Below are positions 27,693 through 40,975 of a stretch of 64,000 nt of DNA, piece after piece. Within the stretch, counting starts at the first letter, position 1. Each line of letters begins with the position of its first letter. This DNA is from Octopus sinensis. Taxonomy: Eukaryota. The notes under the pieces were generated by a model, which was not told where the DNA came from, did no database searches, and saw only the letters and a program-made list of their open reading frames with translations. A program made the position numbers and the translations under genes. The DNA lies in the NCBI RefSeq assembly GCF_006345805.1, contig NC_043005.1, forward strand, positions 73,222,001 through 73,286,000, in the 5' to 3' direction.

Positions 27693-27761
27693 CTAACCAC
27701 GTGGGACTCGAACTCACATCTCTTCGTTAACGCGACTAAGCGTGTTACCATTACACCAGGG
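27693..27761 (-). pseudogene. tRNA-derived SINE head or tRNA pseudogene
   Basis: A box tggtgtaatggt and B box gagttcgagtcc are present. The anticodon loop lacks U33 and the acceptor stem is broken. Confidence 0.6.
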
Positions 27762-27837
27762 AATTAGTCTCCCTGTTTGTCAAATTTAAGAGCTATATTA
27801 GTTCGTAGTTGTTTCATAAACAAACTCACTATGTGCC

Positions 27838-28152
27838 TTCTTTGTGAGCCTAGTACTTATTCTATCCTGCTCTTTTTTGCCGAACCGCTAAGTTATTGGG
27901 ACGTAAACACACCAGCATTGGTTGTCAAGCGATGTTGGTGGGGGCGGTAACAAACACAGACACGCAAACACATATATATACATATATACGACGGGCTTCT
28001 TTCAGTTTCCGTCTACCAAATCCACTCACAAGGCTTTGGTCGACCCGAGGCTACAGTAGAAGACACTTGCCCAAGGTGCCACGCAGTTGGATTGAAACTG
28101 GAACCATGTGTTTGATAAGCAAGCTAATTACCACACAGCCACTCCTGCGCCT
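27838..28152 (-). mobile_element. SINE family A (tail truncated)
   Basis: Colinear with 46149-46470. Confidence 0.9.
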
Positions 28153-28359
28153 ATGTTAAGTAATGATATTGCTAATTAAAGTTAATTGTTTTGTGTTTAC
28201 ATTATATGTTAAAGAAGAAAAAAACACAGAATATAAGGCAGATGCGTAAAGCCAAATCAATGTAAATGATATTTCTGTAAGTTTCTTTAAGTAAGTGCTG
28301 AAAGAAACGTATTTTATTTTCATGAGTATGTGTGTTTGTGTTTTACGTGTGTGCATGCT

Positions 28360-28800
28360 TGAGTGCGTGCGAACGGGAGCGTGTGTGTGTGTATGTGTGT
28401 GCATGTTTTTCTGTGTGTGTGCCTGTGTATGTCTGTGTACTTGTATGCGTCGGAAAGCGTGCGTGTGTGCGCGTGCGTGTGTGCGCGTGCGTGTGTGTGT
28501 GTGCATGTATGTGTGTGCATGTGTGTATGTGCGTGTGTGCGTGAGCGTGCGTGTGCATATGTATGTGTGTGTGTGTGCATGTGTGCGTGTGTGTGAGTGC
28601 ATGTGTGTGTGCATGTATGTGAGTGCATGTGTGTATGTGCGTGTGTGCGTGAGCGTGCGTGTGCATATGTATGTGTGTGTGTGTGTGTGCATGTGTGCGT
28701 GTGTGTGAGTGCATGTGTGTGTGCATGTATGTGAGTGCATGTGTGTATGTGCGTGTGTGCGTGAGCGTACGTGTGCATGTGTGTGTGTGTCTGTGTAAAT
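28360..28800 (+). repeat. (TG)n-derived minisatellite with ~100-bp higher-order unit
   Basis: Block gtgtgtatgtgcgtgtgtgcgtgagcgtgcgtgtgcat recurs about three times. Confidence 0.8.
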
Positions 28801-28987
28801 GTGTGTGTTTCCTTCCTCCTTACTTTCTTTTTTCTGAATATGTTTATTTACATTTCAAACTTCCATTCTCCAAGTATCTTTCAAAAATCAGACACTCGAA
28901 CCTCACTCACGAATTTTGATGTTTCCTTCATAATTTGTTTCTCTACTTTCAGTCACGAGTTTTCTCTTTTACCGTCTTTTCATCAAG

Positions 28988-29029
<42 letters not shown>

Positions 29030-29309
29030 CTCTTTCTCTCTCTCTTTCTCACTCCCCCCCCTCTCTCTCTCTCTCACTGCTTCTCACTGTTTATCTCCTT
29101 TGTTTACACAGAAAATATTTTTTCGTATTACACTCACGATTGATACTATCGCTTCTCTCGGTTGCATCTTCACACTTATTGAACAAACAAACAAGAACCA
29201 TTGGATTCCTTCAATAACAAGAACTAGAGAAATATACTGTGTGGCACACTCAGGCAAATGGTCACATACATCAACACAAACACACACATTCATATCGTAT
29301 GCATATATC

Positions 29310-29506
29310 TTTTATGTTTAGTTATTTCAATCATTCGACTGTGCCCATGCTGGGGCATCACCTGGAATAGTATAATCGACAAAGATCTCCCCCAGTACTT
29401 ATCTTTAAGCCTGGTTCTTATGCTAACACTTTTGGCGAACCGCTGTATTACAGGTGATTAACAAAACAACACTGGTTGCCAAGCGACAGTGTGTGACAAG
29501 CTTATT

Positions 29507-29579
<73 letters not shown>

Positions 29580-30163
29580 CGACGAGCTTCTTAGGGCTCC
29601 TGTCTTCCAGATAGACTCAAAAGTATTTTAGTCGGCCTGAAGCTACAGTAGAAGATACTCGCACGATGTGCCCCACAGTGGAACTCAACTCTGAACCATG
29701 TAGTTGGGAAGGAACCGTCTTATTTCTGTATTGCCCACAAGAGGGGCTAAACATAGAGGGGACAAACAATGACATGCAAAGGGATTAAGTCGATTATAAC
29801 GATACCAGTGCGTAACTGGTACATATTTAATCGACCCCGAAAGGATGAAAAGCTAAGTCGACCACAGCGGAATTTGAGCTCAGAACGTAGCGGCAAACCA
29901 AATACCTAGTTCTTTACTGCCCACAAGGGGCTAAACACAGAGAGGACAAACAAGGACAGACAAACGGATTAAGACGATTATATCGACCCGAGTACGTAAC
30001 TGGTACTTATTTCTTCGACCCCGAAAGGATGAAAGGCAATGTCGGAATTTGAACTCAGAACGTAGCGGCAGACGAAATACCACCAAGCATTTCGCCCGGT
30101 GTGATAACGTTACTGCTAGCTCGCCGTGAAGAAACATTCTTATAACACAACCACGCCTGGGCC
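29310..30163 (-). mobile_element. Old SINE-A interrupted by a SINE-B dimer (29720-30125)
   Basis: The A head resumes at ~30138 (cttataacacaaccacgcctgggcc). Degenerate TSD ggaaggaaccgtctt / gaagaaacattctt. Confidence 0.8.
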
Positions 30164-30436
30164 TCTTGTATATACGTTAGTTGTATAAATACATCTTAGA
30201 TATACGCAAAACATTTTCAATGTTCTCCCGCAAAATATGTAAGCTTATCCACATATAAGAAAGTATTATCTAATACTGCAGAGATCAATGTATTCCTTAA
30301 GTAGCTTTTTCAGCTCTTTTGGTATATCTTAGATGTATTTTCAGCTACTTTCTGATATTAATACCCTTCTTTCAATTAATAGTCATTACATATATCACAA
30401 ATACGAAAAGAAATACGAAAAGAAAAAGACAAGGAA

Positions 30437-30637
30437 ATTCATTTACTGGTACCAAGCTGTATCGGCCTTTCACTTTCCTTTGGATAACTTCGGTGGCGTG
30501 GAGAGGAGGTTTGATAAGCAGAGGTGACTGCTGGTCTTCCACATATAATCTTGCCCGGACTTGCGTGTCAGAGGGGAAATTTCTACTTCCTATGTGCAAT
30601 CCCATGATTATTCGTGACGGAACAGGCTCTTTACTCA
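30437..30637 (+). mobile_element. SINE family D, 3' part
   Basis: ggtaccaagctgtatcggcc..ttgcccggactt..gtgcaatcccatg matches the reverse complement of 38310-38580. Confidence 0.8.
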
Positions 30638-30654
30638 TTTACTATATATATATA

Positions 30655-30746
<92 letters not shown>

Positions 30747-31242
30747 TTATATATATATATATAATATATATAATATATATATTATATATATATATATGTA
30801 TATATATACATATATATATATGTATGTATGTATGTATGTATATATGTATGTATATTCATTACACGATTTTTCTATGTATACAGCGACTTATGTCTACTTC
30901 TATGCACCAAGCGCCTGTGGGAGAGAAACTCAGTGCTCATAGCACAGTATTCGATTTTCTAACATTCGGTTTTCACCCTCGTTATGTTGGAGATAAAGAT
31001 TGCGCTGTGGTATGTATATATATATATATATATATATATACCGGAGTAAACACATAAATGTGAAACAGGTTTTGTTGAATTTTCTGGTGCTTTAAATAAA
31101 GTATATATATATATATATATTATATTAAATTAGAGACAAAACCACTATTAGGCAAATCAAACAATGAAAGACTTAAGCCAATACATATGATTAATTTATA
31201 TTATTTAAATATGTAACAATTATTAAAAAATATAATTAATAT

Positions 31243-31305
31243 CCACTACGATCGTTTCCTGCCTGCTGTCTTTAAATTTTTGAGTCGCAGTCATTCATCA
31301 GGTGG
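31243..31305 (-). ncRNA. Type I hammerhead motif (left arm of F3)
   Basis: ccac CTGATGA atgactgc..gcaggcag GAAA cgatcg TA gtgg. Helix II is imperfect (A.G closing). Confidence 0.72.
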
Positions 31306-31456
31306 TTTCAAAATCTAAAATATTATCAATTTAACATTATAGTCGATTTCGATATAATCATATTTAATAATAGAGTTTATTATAAGTAAATTATTATTTT
31401 AGATTATATATATTATTTATATCTTAAAAATATTGATTATATTTTAGATTTTGAAA

Positions 31457-31519
31457 CCACCTGATGAATGATTACGACTCAAAAATTTAAAGACAGCAGG
31501 CAGGAAACGATCGTAGTGG
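31457..31519 (+). ncRNA. Type I hammerhead motif (right arm of F3)
   Basis: ccac CTGATGA atgattac..gcaggcag GAAA cgatcg TA gtgg. Confidence 0.7.
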
Positions 31520-31733
31520 ATATTGATTATATTTTTTAATAAATGTTACATATTTAAATAATATAAATTAATCATATGTATTGGCTTAAATCTTTCATTG
31601 TTTGATTTGCCTAATAGTGGTTTTGTCTCTAATTTAATATAATATATTTTACTATAAAATTGGATTCAATCCTAAATCTGATTTTTCCGTGTAAGTTTGG
31701 ATTTATTCCCTAATATTTATTATTATTATATAT

Positions 31734-31767
<34 letters not shown>

Positions 31768-31841
31768 ATATATATGTATGTATGTACGTATGTATGTATG
31801 TATGTATGTATGTATGTATGTATGTATGTATATGCATATAT

Positions 31842-31897
<56 letters not shown>

Positions 31898-32537
31898 GTA
31901 CTTAAACATATATATGCATATATATGTAAAGAGAGAGAGAAAGAGTGGAGAGGAAATAATTGAGATTCAGTTGAATTAGGTACTTAAGTTGAAGCACCAA
32001 GTCAGTGCCGTATTTTCCTTACAACTGAAACTAAGGTGAATAAAATCAAAATAAGCAACAGGATTTCAAGAGATGATGCATCACCTCTTGATATCCTCTT
32101 GCTTATTTTGATATATATATATATATAATATATATATATATGTGTGTGTGTGGTGTGTGTGTGTGTGTGAGTATGTATGTATGTATATATGTATGCGTGT
32201 ATGTATGAGTGTGCAATTTATAGGAATGATTCAGAGGAATAATTACAAGGTAGCTAAACGTTGCTCAAGAGTTCTAGGAAATAATGATCACACTTGTGTG
32301 TGATGATTTGATTGCTGGATAAGTAAGTCGTAATTAGGAGAAAGGAAACATTTAAGAAAATGTCCATTTGATGAGTGTTGTTGTTTATATTTTTCCTGAT
32401 GAGATTGATGCCTAGCTGACTATAATTCTTCCTGTCGAGCGTAGTTTGAATGCATCCATCGAAACATACGAGTAGTAGATATGAGGATGTAAATGTTTTA
32501 ATAACTTCCTGAGTGTTTGTCTTCTTTCTCAATTTAC

Positions 32538-32574
<37 letters not shown>

Positions 32575-32616
32575 AATAGATAGATAGAAAAATAAATAGA
32601 CTATATACATATAGCT

Positions 32617-32666
<50 letters not shown>

Positions 32667-32679
32667 ATATTACTATTAA

Positions 32680-33099
32680 TATATTATTAATCTATATCAA
32701 AACTCCCCAGCAAGATATACACGTGTGAAAATAATTGTTGTATTAAAAATATATAAATAGATAAAAATAAATATGTATAAAAATATATGTAAATAATTAT
32801 AAATATAAATATATATTGTATACGACAGTTTAAAAGTTTTGAATTAATTATTTAAACATCTAACGATCGTTTCACAGAAGAGTTGTCCCTATAATGAAAT
32901 CCTATATTGATAAGCATTTATAGACAACGCTTCTGCTCTTCAGAGATATAAAATATGAATTTTGTATAACATATCGAATGATAGTTTGTTTTTTTTTAAA
33001 TTTGAAGTAAAACTGTAAAATGGTGTTTGTTTGAAAGATTACAATTATTTCACACGTGTATATCTTTCTGATGAATTTTGCTTTTGATTTCCTAATATT
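32680..33099. mobile_element. Fold-back-family element F5 with ~31-bp terminal inverted repeats
   Basis: 32708-32738 and 33041-33070 are inverted. The right end ..tttcctaatatt resembles the F1/F3 tail. Confidence 0.7.
32856..32949 (-). ncRNA. Type I hammerhead ribozyme motif, intact, long helix II
   Basis: atatct CTGAAGA gcagaagcgttgtctataa..ttatagggacaactcttctgt GAAA cgatcg TT agatgt. Confidence 0.88.
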
Positions 33100-33110
33100 A
33101 GTAGTATATC

Positions 33111-33594
33111 CGTAGCGAGAGATTATTCTCTCTCCAAAGCGCTGCCGTAGCAGCTGCATTGTTTCTCTTGCGGTATGACCAGTTGCCCCATGTTGCTGGA
33201 GCTATATGTAAGTGCTGTTTTGAATAGCCTTAACGTCCCCCAGTCTTGACTAGCCCAGATTTTTTCTTGTGGGGATACTTGAAAGAGAGGGTTTACATGA
33301 ACAAACCGGAGACCCTGGTGCAACTGAAACAGAACATCAATACAGAAATCAGAGAAGTGGTGTCTGAAATTCTTGAGGGTGTTTCGGTGCCAGCTTTGGA
33401 AAGAGCACAGGCGTGTGAAGCCGAAAATGGCTGCCATTTAAGATCTGTCATTTTACACGTGATGTGGCGTTGCCAGATTGAATTGTGCTATTAATTTCCA
33501 TTATGTCCTTTATATTGTAACAAAATTTCATGCAATTATTTGTAAAGTTAAGGAAGTTATTAAAAATTGAAACCCATCAGTGGGAGATCGTGTA
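33111..33594 (+). pseudogene. Tc1/mariner-superfamily transposase relic with internal inversion
   Basis: + strand reads R(S)P(D)LTSPDFFLWGYLKERVYMNKPETL..ENGCHL. - strand 33111-33235 reads (W)LQQHGATGHTARETMQLLRQRFGERIISR. Confidence 0.88.
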
Positions 33595-33618
33595 TGTATA
33601 TGTGTGTATATATATATA

Positions 33619-33652
<34 letters not shown>

Positions 33653-33780
33653 GTTATTATTATTATTATCATTAATATTATTATTATTATTATATTATTA
33701 TTATATTATTATATTATTATATTATTATTATTATTATTATTATTATATTATTATATTATATTATTATTATTATTATTATT

Positions 33781-34143
33781 CAGTAGTTTTATTTTTATAG
33801 CGTGCTTTCACTTCACTACCGAGCGCAGCTCTGTGTGCATTGGGTATGTGCTGTGATTCGTTGTGATGCTCTGATGGTTATTGTATGGAAAGTGTTCTGC
33901 GTAGGATGTGTGCAGTGCCTAGTAGTGCGATTTTCTGTATGTTATATGTGTTTGTAAGTCCTGGTGTTTTTGTTATGTATTTGTCTGAATATTTTTTTTA
34001 TCATGCCTAATGCACCTACTATGATAGGAATTGTTTCTGTTTTCAGATTCCACATTCTAGTTACCTCTATTTCCAGGTCTTTGTATTTTGAGAGTTTCTC
34101 CATTTCTTTTAGAGCCACGTTGTCATCTGCCGGTATTGATACA
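33781..34143 (-). mobile_element. R4/Dong-like retroelement 3' fragment inside a (TAA)n array
   Basis: IDVSIP..KEMEKLSKYKDLEIEVTRMWNLKTETIPIIVGALG (RLE domain C-terminus). Arrays flank both sides. Confidence 0.9.
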
Positions 34144-34162
34144 TCAATTATTATTATTATTA

Positions 34163-34211
<49 letters not shown>

Positions 34212-34296
34212 TATTATTATTATTATTATTTCATTATTATTATTATTATTATCATTATTATTATTATTATTATTATTATCATCATCATCATCATCA

Positions 34297-34337
<41 letters not shown>

Positions 34338-34614
34338 ATTATGTTCAGTTATAATAAAGACAATTGTACATCAGTCTAATAGTATGATCTCTACTTGTGT
34401 AGAGTACAAATTTATTATTCTTAAACAAGACTGTTATTGACAGTCACTTCGGCCGGTACTTCGAATTCACTGTATCAACAATACACACAAACGCGTACAC
34501 ACACTCTCACACATACACACATACATGTATGTATGTATGTATACACGTACATGTATGTATATAAATATACATACATGCATACCTAAATATAAATTCATAA
34601 GTATGCATCCATGT

Positions 34615-34659
<45 letters not shown>

Positions 34660-36259
34660 GATACGATCATTTTCCTCTGTCGCATCTACTCTCAGATATG
34701 TTGCTCTTTGCCGCTCTATCTATCTCTCATTGTTTCCCTTACTCAATTCTTCTCCCAAACTACTGAGAACTCCTATAACCACAGCATATTACATTATCTT
34801 TTCTATATCAAATATATTTGAATTCACTGCACAAGCTTTAATCATCTTTCGTGTGTTATATCATTATTGTGTATAACTAAAAGATTTTTACAGGATACTG
34901 CTTCAGCTTCCAGATAAAACCTAATAATCTGCATTAATACAAATCGAACGTCACACGTGCTTCTGTCCATATTAATGTCGCTCACAGTGACTTTAGAAAC
35001 GGGAGGTTTCCTAGAATTCTTTAGATAAACGAGGGATTAAATTGAAAGTATTTACAATACTTATCTAATGTATTATTGCAAATACTCACGAGGAGAAAAT
35101 CCCTTGCTCCTTCTCACACAAACAGTCAAATTTTTCATTTTTAACTTCTGTTTCTCATTACATTTTTCATTTTATTTATTGCACATGATGACAAACACAG
35201 ATACATACGAAACACTGTAGTGTTTTCATACTATAGACTAAAGATAAGTGAATGTGTGATTACATTCGTACGGATACGTATGAAGAAACCTATGTATGTA
35301 TACATGCATGTAACTGGATGCAGAGTCCCATATACGTATACTTATAAGATGCATATGAACATATATACCTAGAATAGGTGTATATATATATGCGAGTATT
35401 TGTATATATACGTACACCATTTAACTATATATATAAGTGTGTGTGTGTCTGTGTGTGTGTGTCTGTGTGTGTATGCATTTGTGTGTCAATATTTGAGACT
35501 GTACATGTATGCATACATGCATGTATATATATGTATACATATATACAACCATATGTAAATATATATATAATATATATGAATATATATATGTATATATATG
35601 TATATATATATATATATATATGTATGTACATATATATAAATATATGCATATACATATATTCACACGAGTACATATATAGATAAATATACATGTGCATGTG
35701 TGTATTTATACACAGCTTATATGTAGGTCTCCGTGTATATACATACGGACAATGTCTGTCCACTAAATTCGCTCTGAAGGCATGAGCGGACTAAGGCTAT
35801 AATAGAAGATACTCACGCACGTGATTTAGAAGCTAACCGCATAGCATTAAACGTATTAGGTGTGGGAGATTAAGATCCGACATGGAAAAATTTCGTTTAA
35901 GTTATTGGTTCGTCTTCAGGTGTTATACTTTACGATTATTTTTAGGATATATGTGGTTAGATTTTAGGATTAGAGTAAAAGGTTTAGAGTTGATATTAGA
36001 AGAAGGTAAGAAATATTTGGGACACAATTGAATCTGCAATGTTGTTTTCATTTGGCCATGATTGTATTCTGTAATGTTTAGTGGATTATTCAGTTTTTTT
36101 TCTTTTCTTATTTACATTGTTTAACTGAACATCGTTTGCCATTTTGACACCCAACGAAAATTCAGAATACTTGCATTACTCTTCGCCCACCACATTAGAT
36201 CTCTGTCTCATTTCTTATATAAACTCTCTAGTCACCTTCATACATATTTTTTCAGTGAT

Positions 36260-36293
<34 letters not shown>

Positions 36294-36346
36294 CAATCTA
36301 CCTCTCCCTTTAAAATATGTATCTATGTGCCAACCTATCTACCAAC

Positions 36347-36414
<68 letters not shown>

Positions 36415-36884
36415 ATATATATATATATATATTACAGAGAAAGACAAATAGACAGACAGACAGAGGGAGACGTGTACATATATGTGTGTATACATATATA
36501 TATGCACACACACACATATATATACACACGTATACATATAAACATATAAACATAGTAAATAGGGTAATAAAAAATAAATTTATTTGTAAAAATAGATGAA
36601 CCGTCGGTATAGGATTAACTGAGATGGTAAACGTTTCTAATTTTCATTCCTTTCATGAATCTATCCCTTTTTGTGTGTCTAGCACAGCGCTTCTTTATTT
36701 GGAAGCCTTTTACTGTATTTCATATATACATATATGTATACATATATACATATATATAGATATACATATACACACATATACATATATAGATATATGTATA
36801 CATATATGCATATATCTGGATATACATATATATACACTTATACATATATATATAAATAGATAAACATATACATACATATAGCTT

Positions 36885-37070
36885 CACGCGGCTTCGGCAG
36901 AAGGTAATGGCGAACTTCTGCTGACTCTTTCGCCACAACGTTCTCTCACTCTTTCCTCTTGCATCTTGCAGTTCACCTGCAACGAACCGGCGTCCCGTCC
37001 AGGTGGGGAACCTATACGCCAAGGAAACCGACCCTTATGAGCTAGGCATGGCTCGAGAGGGATCAAACAA
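36885..37070 (+). mobile_element. SINE family C, core plus tail T1-like
   Basis: ctctttcgccacaacgttctctcactcttt..ggcgtcccgtccagg..atacgccaaggaaaccg. Confidence 0.75.
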
Positions 37071-37538
37071 GCGTAATGGTTGGGAATGGTTTTTCAGGGT
37101 ACTCAAGAAAAAGTATATGCATTCATAGAGCTCAGCTGCCCCTACTGATGTGAATATCTCTCGAAAATCAAGGAAGATAACTTCCGTCAAATGCTTTTAT
37201 ATCCGGATTATAAATTCACGTTTATACAAATGGATAACTGATGCACTTGGTTTCGGAGTAAATGCCGAAGTGACAATTCGGATAGTCTAGGGATTTCAGA
37301 AAAGAAAATCAACAAACAAATTCGAGCATTACGAACACAATTTGTAACTGCAAAGTAAAACTTATACAATATTTTCTGAAATTTAAAATGTGAATTTCGT
37401 TTTTATCATCTACATTTCAAAGACATGTGTATCTTTGTTCGAGACCCTCCCCTTCAGGACAGGAAGATTTCAAATAATCAAAAACAGACGAGAACATATA
37501 TTCATACATATATACATACATATATACATACACACGCT

Positions 37539-37920
37539 GTATGGTGAGAAACTTGCTTCCCAACTACATGGTTCCGGGTTCAGTCTCACTGCGTGGAACC
37601 TTGGGAAAGTGTCTTCTTCAATGACCACAGGCCGGCCAATGCCTTGCGAGAGGATTTAGTAGACGGAAACTGAACGAAGCCTGCCGTGTATGTATGTATA
37701 TATATATATGTGTGCGTGTGTGTGTCTTTGTGTGTATATATTTGCGTGTATGTGTTTGCCTCCCCAACATCGCTTGACAACCGATGCTGGTGTGTTTACG
37801 TCCCCATAACATAGCAGTTCGGTAAAGAGACGGAGAGAGTAAATTCTAGGCTTACAAAGAATAAGTCCCGGAGTCGATTTCTTCGACTAAAGGTGGTGCT
37901 CCACGTAAAAGAATAAAATA
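37539..37920 (+). mobile_element. SINE family A
   Basis: Colinear with 46149-46564. Confidence 0.88.
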
Positions 37921-38309
37921 TATACATAAATATATATCTATGCATGCATACATACGTATATACATGCATGCATATATACATATATATTTATGCATACATA
38001 CATAAATTTATAACTACATATAAACTACTAATGATTGAAAAAGATATTTTGTTGTTGTGTAGACAAAATATCATAAGTTCTAAGAAAACATTGAACTATA
38101 AAGATAATACACTATGAATTCAAACGTGCGTTGATCACATATTTTGATTTGCAAACACAATTACTCTTTTATTTAAAGTTCTTTGTACTTTGTATATTCA
38201 TACATAAACATAGCCACACACACACGCACACACACACACTCACACACACACACATATATATGTATATATATATATGTATATATATATATATGTATATATA
38301 TATGTATAA

Positions 38310-38580
38310 GGGTAAAGACCCCCTTCGGTCATGAATGACCATGGGATTGCACCTAGAAAGTTACCCTCCTAGACACAAGTCCGGGCAAGGTTGTTTATGG
38401 AAGACCAGCAGTCGCCCATGCATACCAGCCTCCCCTCTCCACGCCTCCAGTGTTATCCAAGGGAAAGACAAACGTCGATACAGCTTGGCACCAGTGACGT
38501 CGCAACTCATTTCTACAGCTGAGTGAACTGGAGCAATGTGAAATAAAGTGCCTTGCTCAAGAACACAACACGCACCCCCA
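38310..38580 (-). mobile_element. SINE family D with CORE-like segment
   Basis: - strand gttgtgttcttgagcaaggcactttatttcacattgctccagttcactcagctgtagaaatgag resembles the CORE-SINE domain. Confidence 0.75.
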
Positions 38581-39097
38581 TATATATATATACATACACA
38601 CAAAGCATGGAGATTTAGTTCACAGTTGATCTAAACGATTAGGTACGCTAAGTGTTGTAACGGATTACAACGCTATAAACGAGACAGTAGTTATGGAGTC
38701 ATTGCAGATTTCAGATGTAGAGGATGTATAATCGTTAAAGAGGACAGCAAACGTTAAGGTAAAGTAAATATCTCCATTACTATTATTGGGGAAAAAAATC
38801 GGTCTTACAGGTGTTTCTGGGAAGTCGCAGAGTATGGTATATTCCGTCATCGGAGGAATTTTTTTATTAAACAAACGAAAACAAAGCATGAAGATGCCCA
38901 AAGTTGTAAGAACTTCTGAAGTTTTAACAAAGGTTTTAATGAAGAAAGTCATGTGAAATGGTCGAACAAACATGTAAATAATTTTAAAAGGAAAAAAAAA
39001 TCGTCCACGAAGATATTTGCGAAAACTTGCCCGGCAACGACGGACTATATAGGTAGGATGTGCGCGTGTGTATGTATGTATGTATGTATGTATATAT

Positions 39098-39148
<51 letters not shown>

Positions 39149-39734
39149 TATATATATAATATTATATATATACAAGAGACTTCCTACTGTTTGTTACATA
39201 GATGTAAATATTCATTTGAGCGATACTTTTCATAAAAGAATCTAACCATGGATTTACGTAGATTGATTATTCCATGAAGAACGCTAAACCAAACCAATCA
39301 AGGAATGATATACCAAAAGTTTTTGGGAGAAAATAATTGAAATAAGGAAATGTATGGAGGAGGCCTCTGTTATACGGCTTAGGGCAATCTAACAGTAAAT
39401 ACATCACTAGATATAAAATCGACGAAGTTCCTGCAAAAGAAAAATACATGCAGAGATTTCAAATAGGCCTTTTGAAAATCCTCCAAGAGATGAAATTTGG
39501 TATGTCCCATAACTCTTTTGAGTAAGGTTTGCTCGACATTCGATGGAAAGTGGTACGTGCTTAAATTACCAATTTTCTACATCGGATAATTACATATAAA
39601 TGGTTGTCGAGAAACACCGAAAACGTTATGTGTGTGCTGCATATCTATATATTTAGCATATCTATATATTTAGCATATCTATATATCTATATAAGCATAT
39701 CTATATATTTAGTATATGTATAATTATATTTTTT

Positions 39735-40050
39735 TTATTTATGCGCCCTTTTCAAGCCAATCCAGGTTCGTGGGTTCAGTTTCCCGGTTTCTATGGCGTA
39801 TGTGTTCCTCTCCAGCTGGACGGGACGCCAGTCCATCGCAGCCTTACTCAAGAAACAGGAAGAAAGAGTGAGAGAAATTTGGGGTTAAAGAGTATAACAG
39901 GGGTCGCCACCCCACCCCCCCTGCCGGAGCCTCGTGATGCTGTAGGTGCTTTCGCTCAATAAACACACACAACGCACGGTCTGGGAATCGAACCGCGATC
40001 CTCCGACCGCGAGTTCGCTGCCTTAACCACTGGGACACTGCGCCTCCACA
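39735..40050 (-). mobile_element. SINE family C (tRNA-like head), tail T1
   Basis: ggaggcgc..cccagtggttaaggcagcgaactcgcggtc..gttcgattccc head followed by the shared core. Confidence 0.9.
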
Positions 40051-40101
40051 TACAGTTATATATGATTTGATATATATCCATTCATTTATGTGTGTGTGCG
40101 T

Positions 40102-40210
40102 GTGTGTGTGTGTTCGCTCACAATGTGTGTGCGTGCGTGTTCGCTCACAATGTGTGTGCGTGCGTGTTCGCTCACAATGTGTGTGCGTGCGTGTTCGCTC
40201 ACAATGTGTG
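40102..40210 (+). repeat. 27-bp minisatellite x4
   Basis: gtgtgtgcgtgcgtgttcgctcacaat in tandem. Confidence 0.9.
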
Positions 40211-40439
40211 TGTGTGTGTGTGTGCGTGCGTGTGTGCGTATGTGTGTGTGTGTGGTTATTCATGTATGTATGTTACTATGTATCGTTACAGACGCATGAT
40301 GAAAACACTGAAAATAATGACTGGATAAATACATTTACGGTAAAATAAATCTGAATTTTTAATCTATTCAGACTTATATATCCAAATTTTTGATCAATCA
40401 AATATCAATTAGTACTAACTTAGATAAACTTAGATATGT

Positions 40440-40975
40440 TTCGACCAAAGATTGGTCCAGGCCATGTCTAACTTAATAGCACCACCTGATAGGATTATTC
40501 GAATCCTGTTTAAGTCAAGTTTTGTTCAAGTAGTGAGTTCTTGTTGGGTGAGTTGTATCCAATTATGGGTGGCTTATCTGGTATTCTTTGAAGGAATCTA
40601 TCCAGACTCCGTTTAAAGTTGATGGGATCCTTTTCCTCTTTGATCTCCCTCGGGACAATGTTAAATAGGGCAGGGCCTGTTGACGAAAAGAAATTATGTT
40701 GCAGTGTACATGTATGTTGTGATCTTGAATTGGGCAGGGGACGTATAGCCCGTGGTCCCAGTCTTGGATGAACCTTGAAGCTAATGTTAAGGTCGTTTGG
40801 GCAAAGTTGGCGGTATATTCTCCACATCGTACAAATGATGTACCGCTTACGGCGACGCTGGAGGGAGTAAAGTTTCAAGGCTTTAAGGCGATCCCAATAA
40901 TCGAGAGCAGCCATGCCTTCAATTCGTTTAGTGAGTGCCCTCTGGGGTGAAATGAATAAAATACGGTTAATCCGC
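40440..40975 (-). pseudogene. CR1-like LINE ORF2 3' end
   Basis: QRALTKRIEGMAALDYWDRLKALKLYSLQRRRKRY..GPALFNIVP..FKRSLDRFLQRIPD. Confidence 0.88.

Larger units (their letters stand above)
31040..31717. mobile_element. Fold-back element F3 (~210-bp arms, ~100-bp spacer) between (TA)n tracts
   Basis: 31120-31330 is the reverse complement of 31432-31642. It shares its tail with F1. Confidence 0.9.

Noticed and set aside
27693-27761. Functional tRNA gene
   Set aside because: No U33, a mismatched anticodon stem and a broken acceptor stem; kept only as a pseudogene or SINE head.
38665-38973. 102-aa ORF as host exon or transposase
   Set aside because: No recognisable family motif on either strand.
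40102-40210. CRISPR-like 27-bp repeats
   Set aside because: Contiguous units with no unique spacers and no cas genes, in a eukaryotic context.
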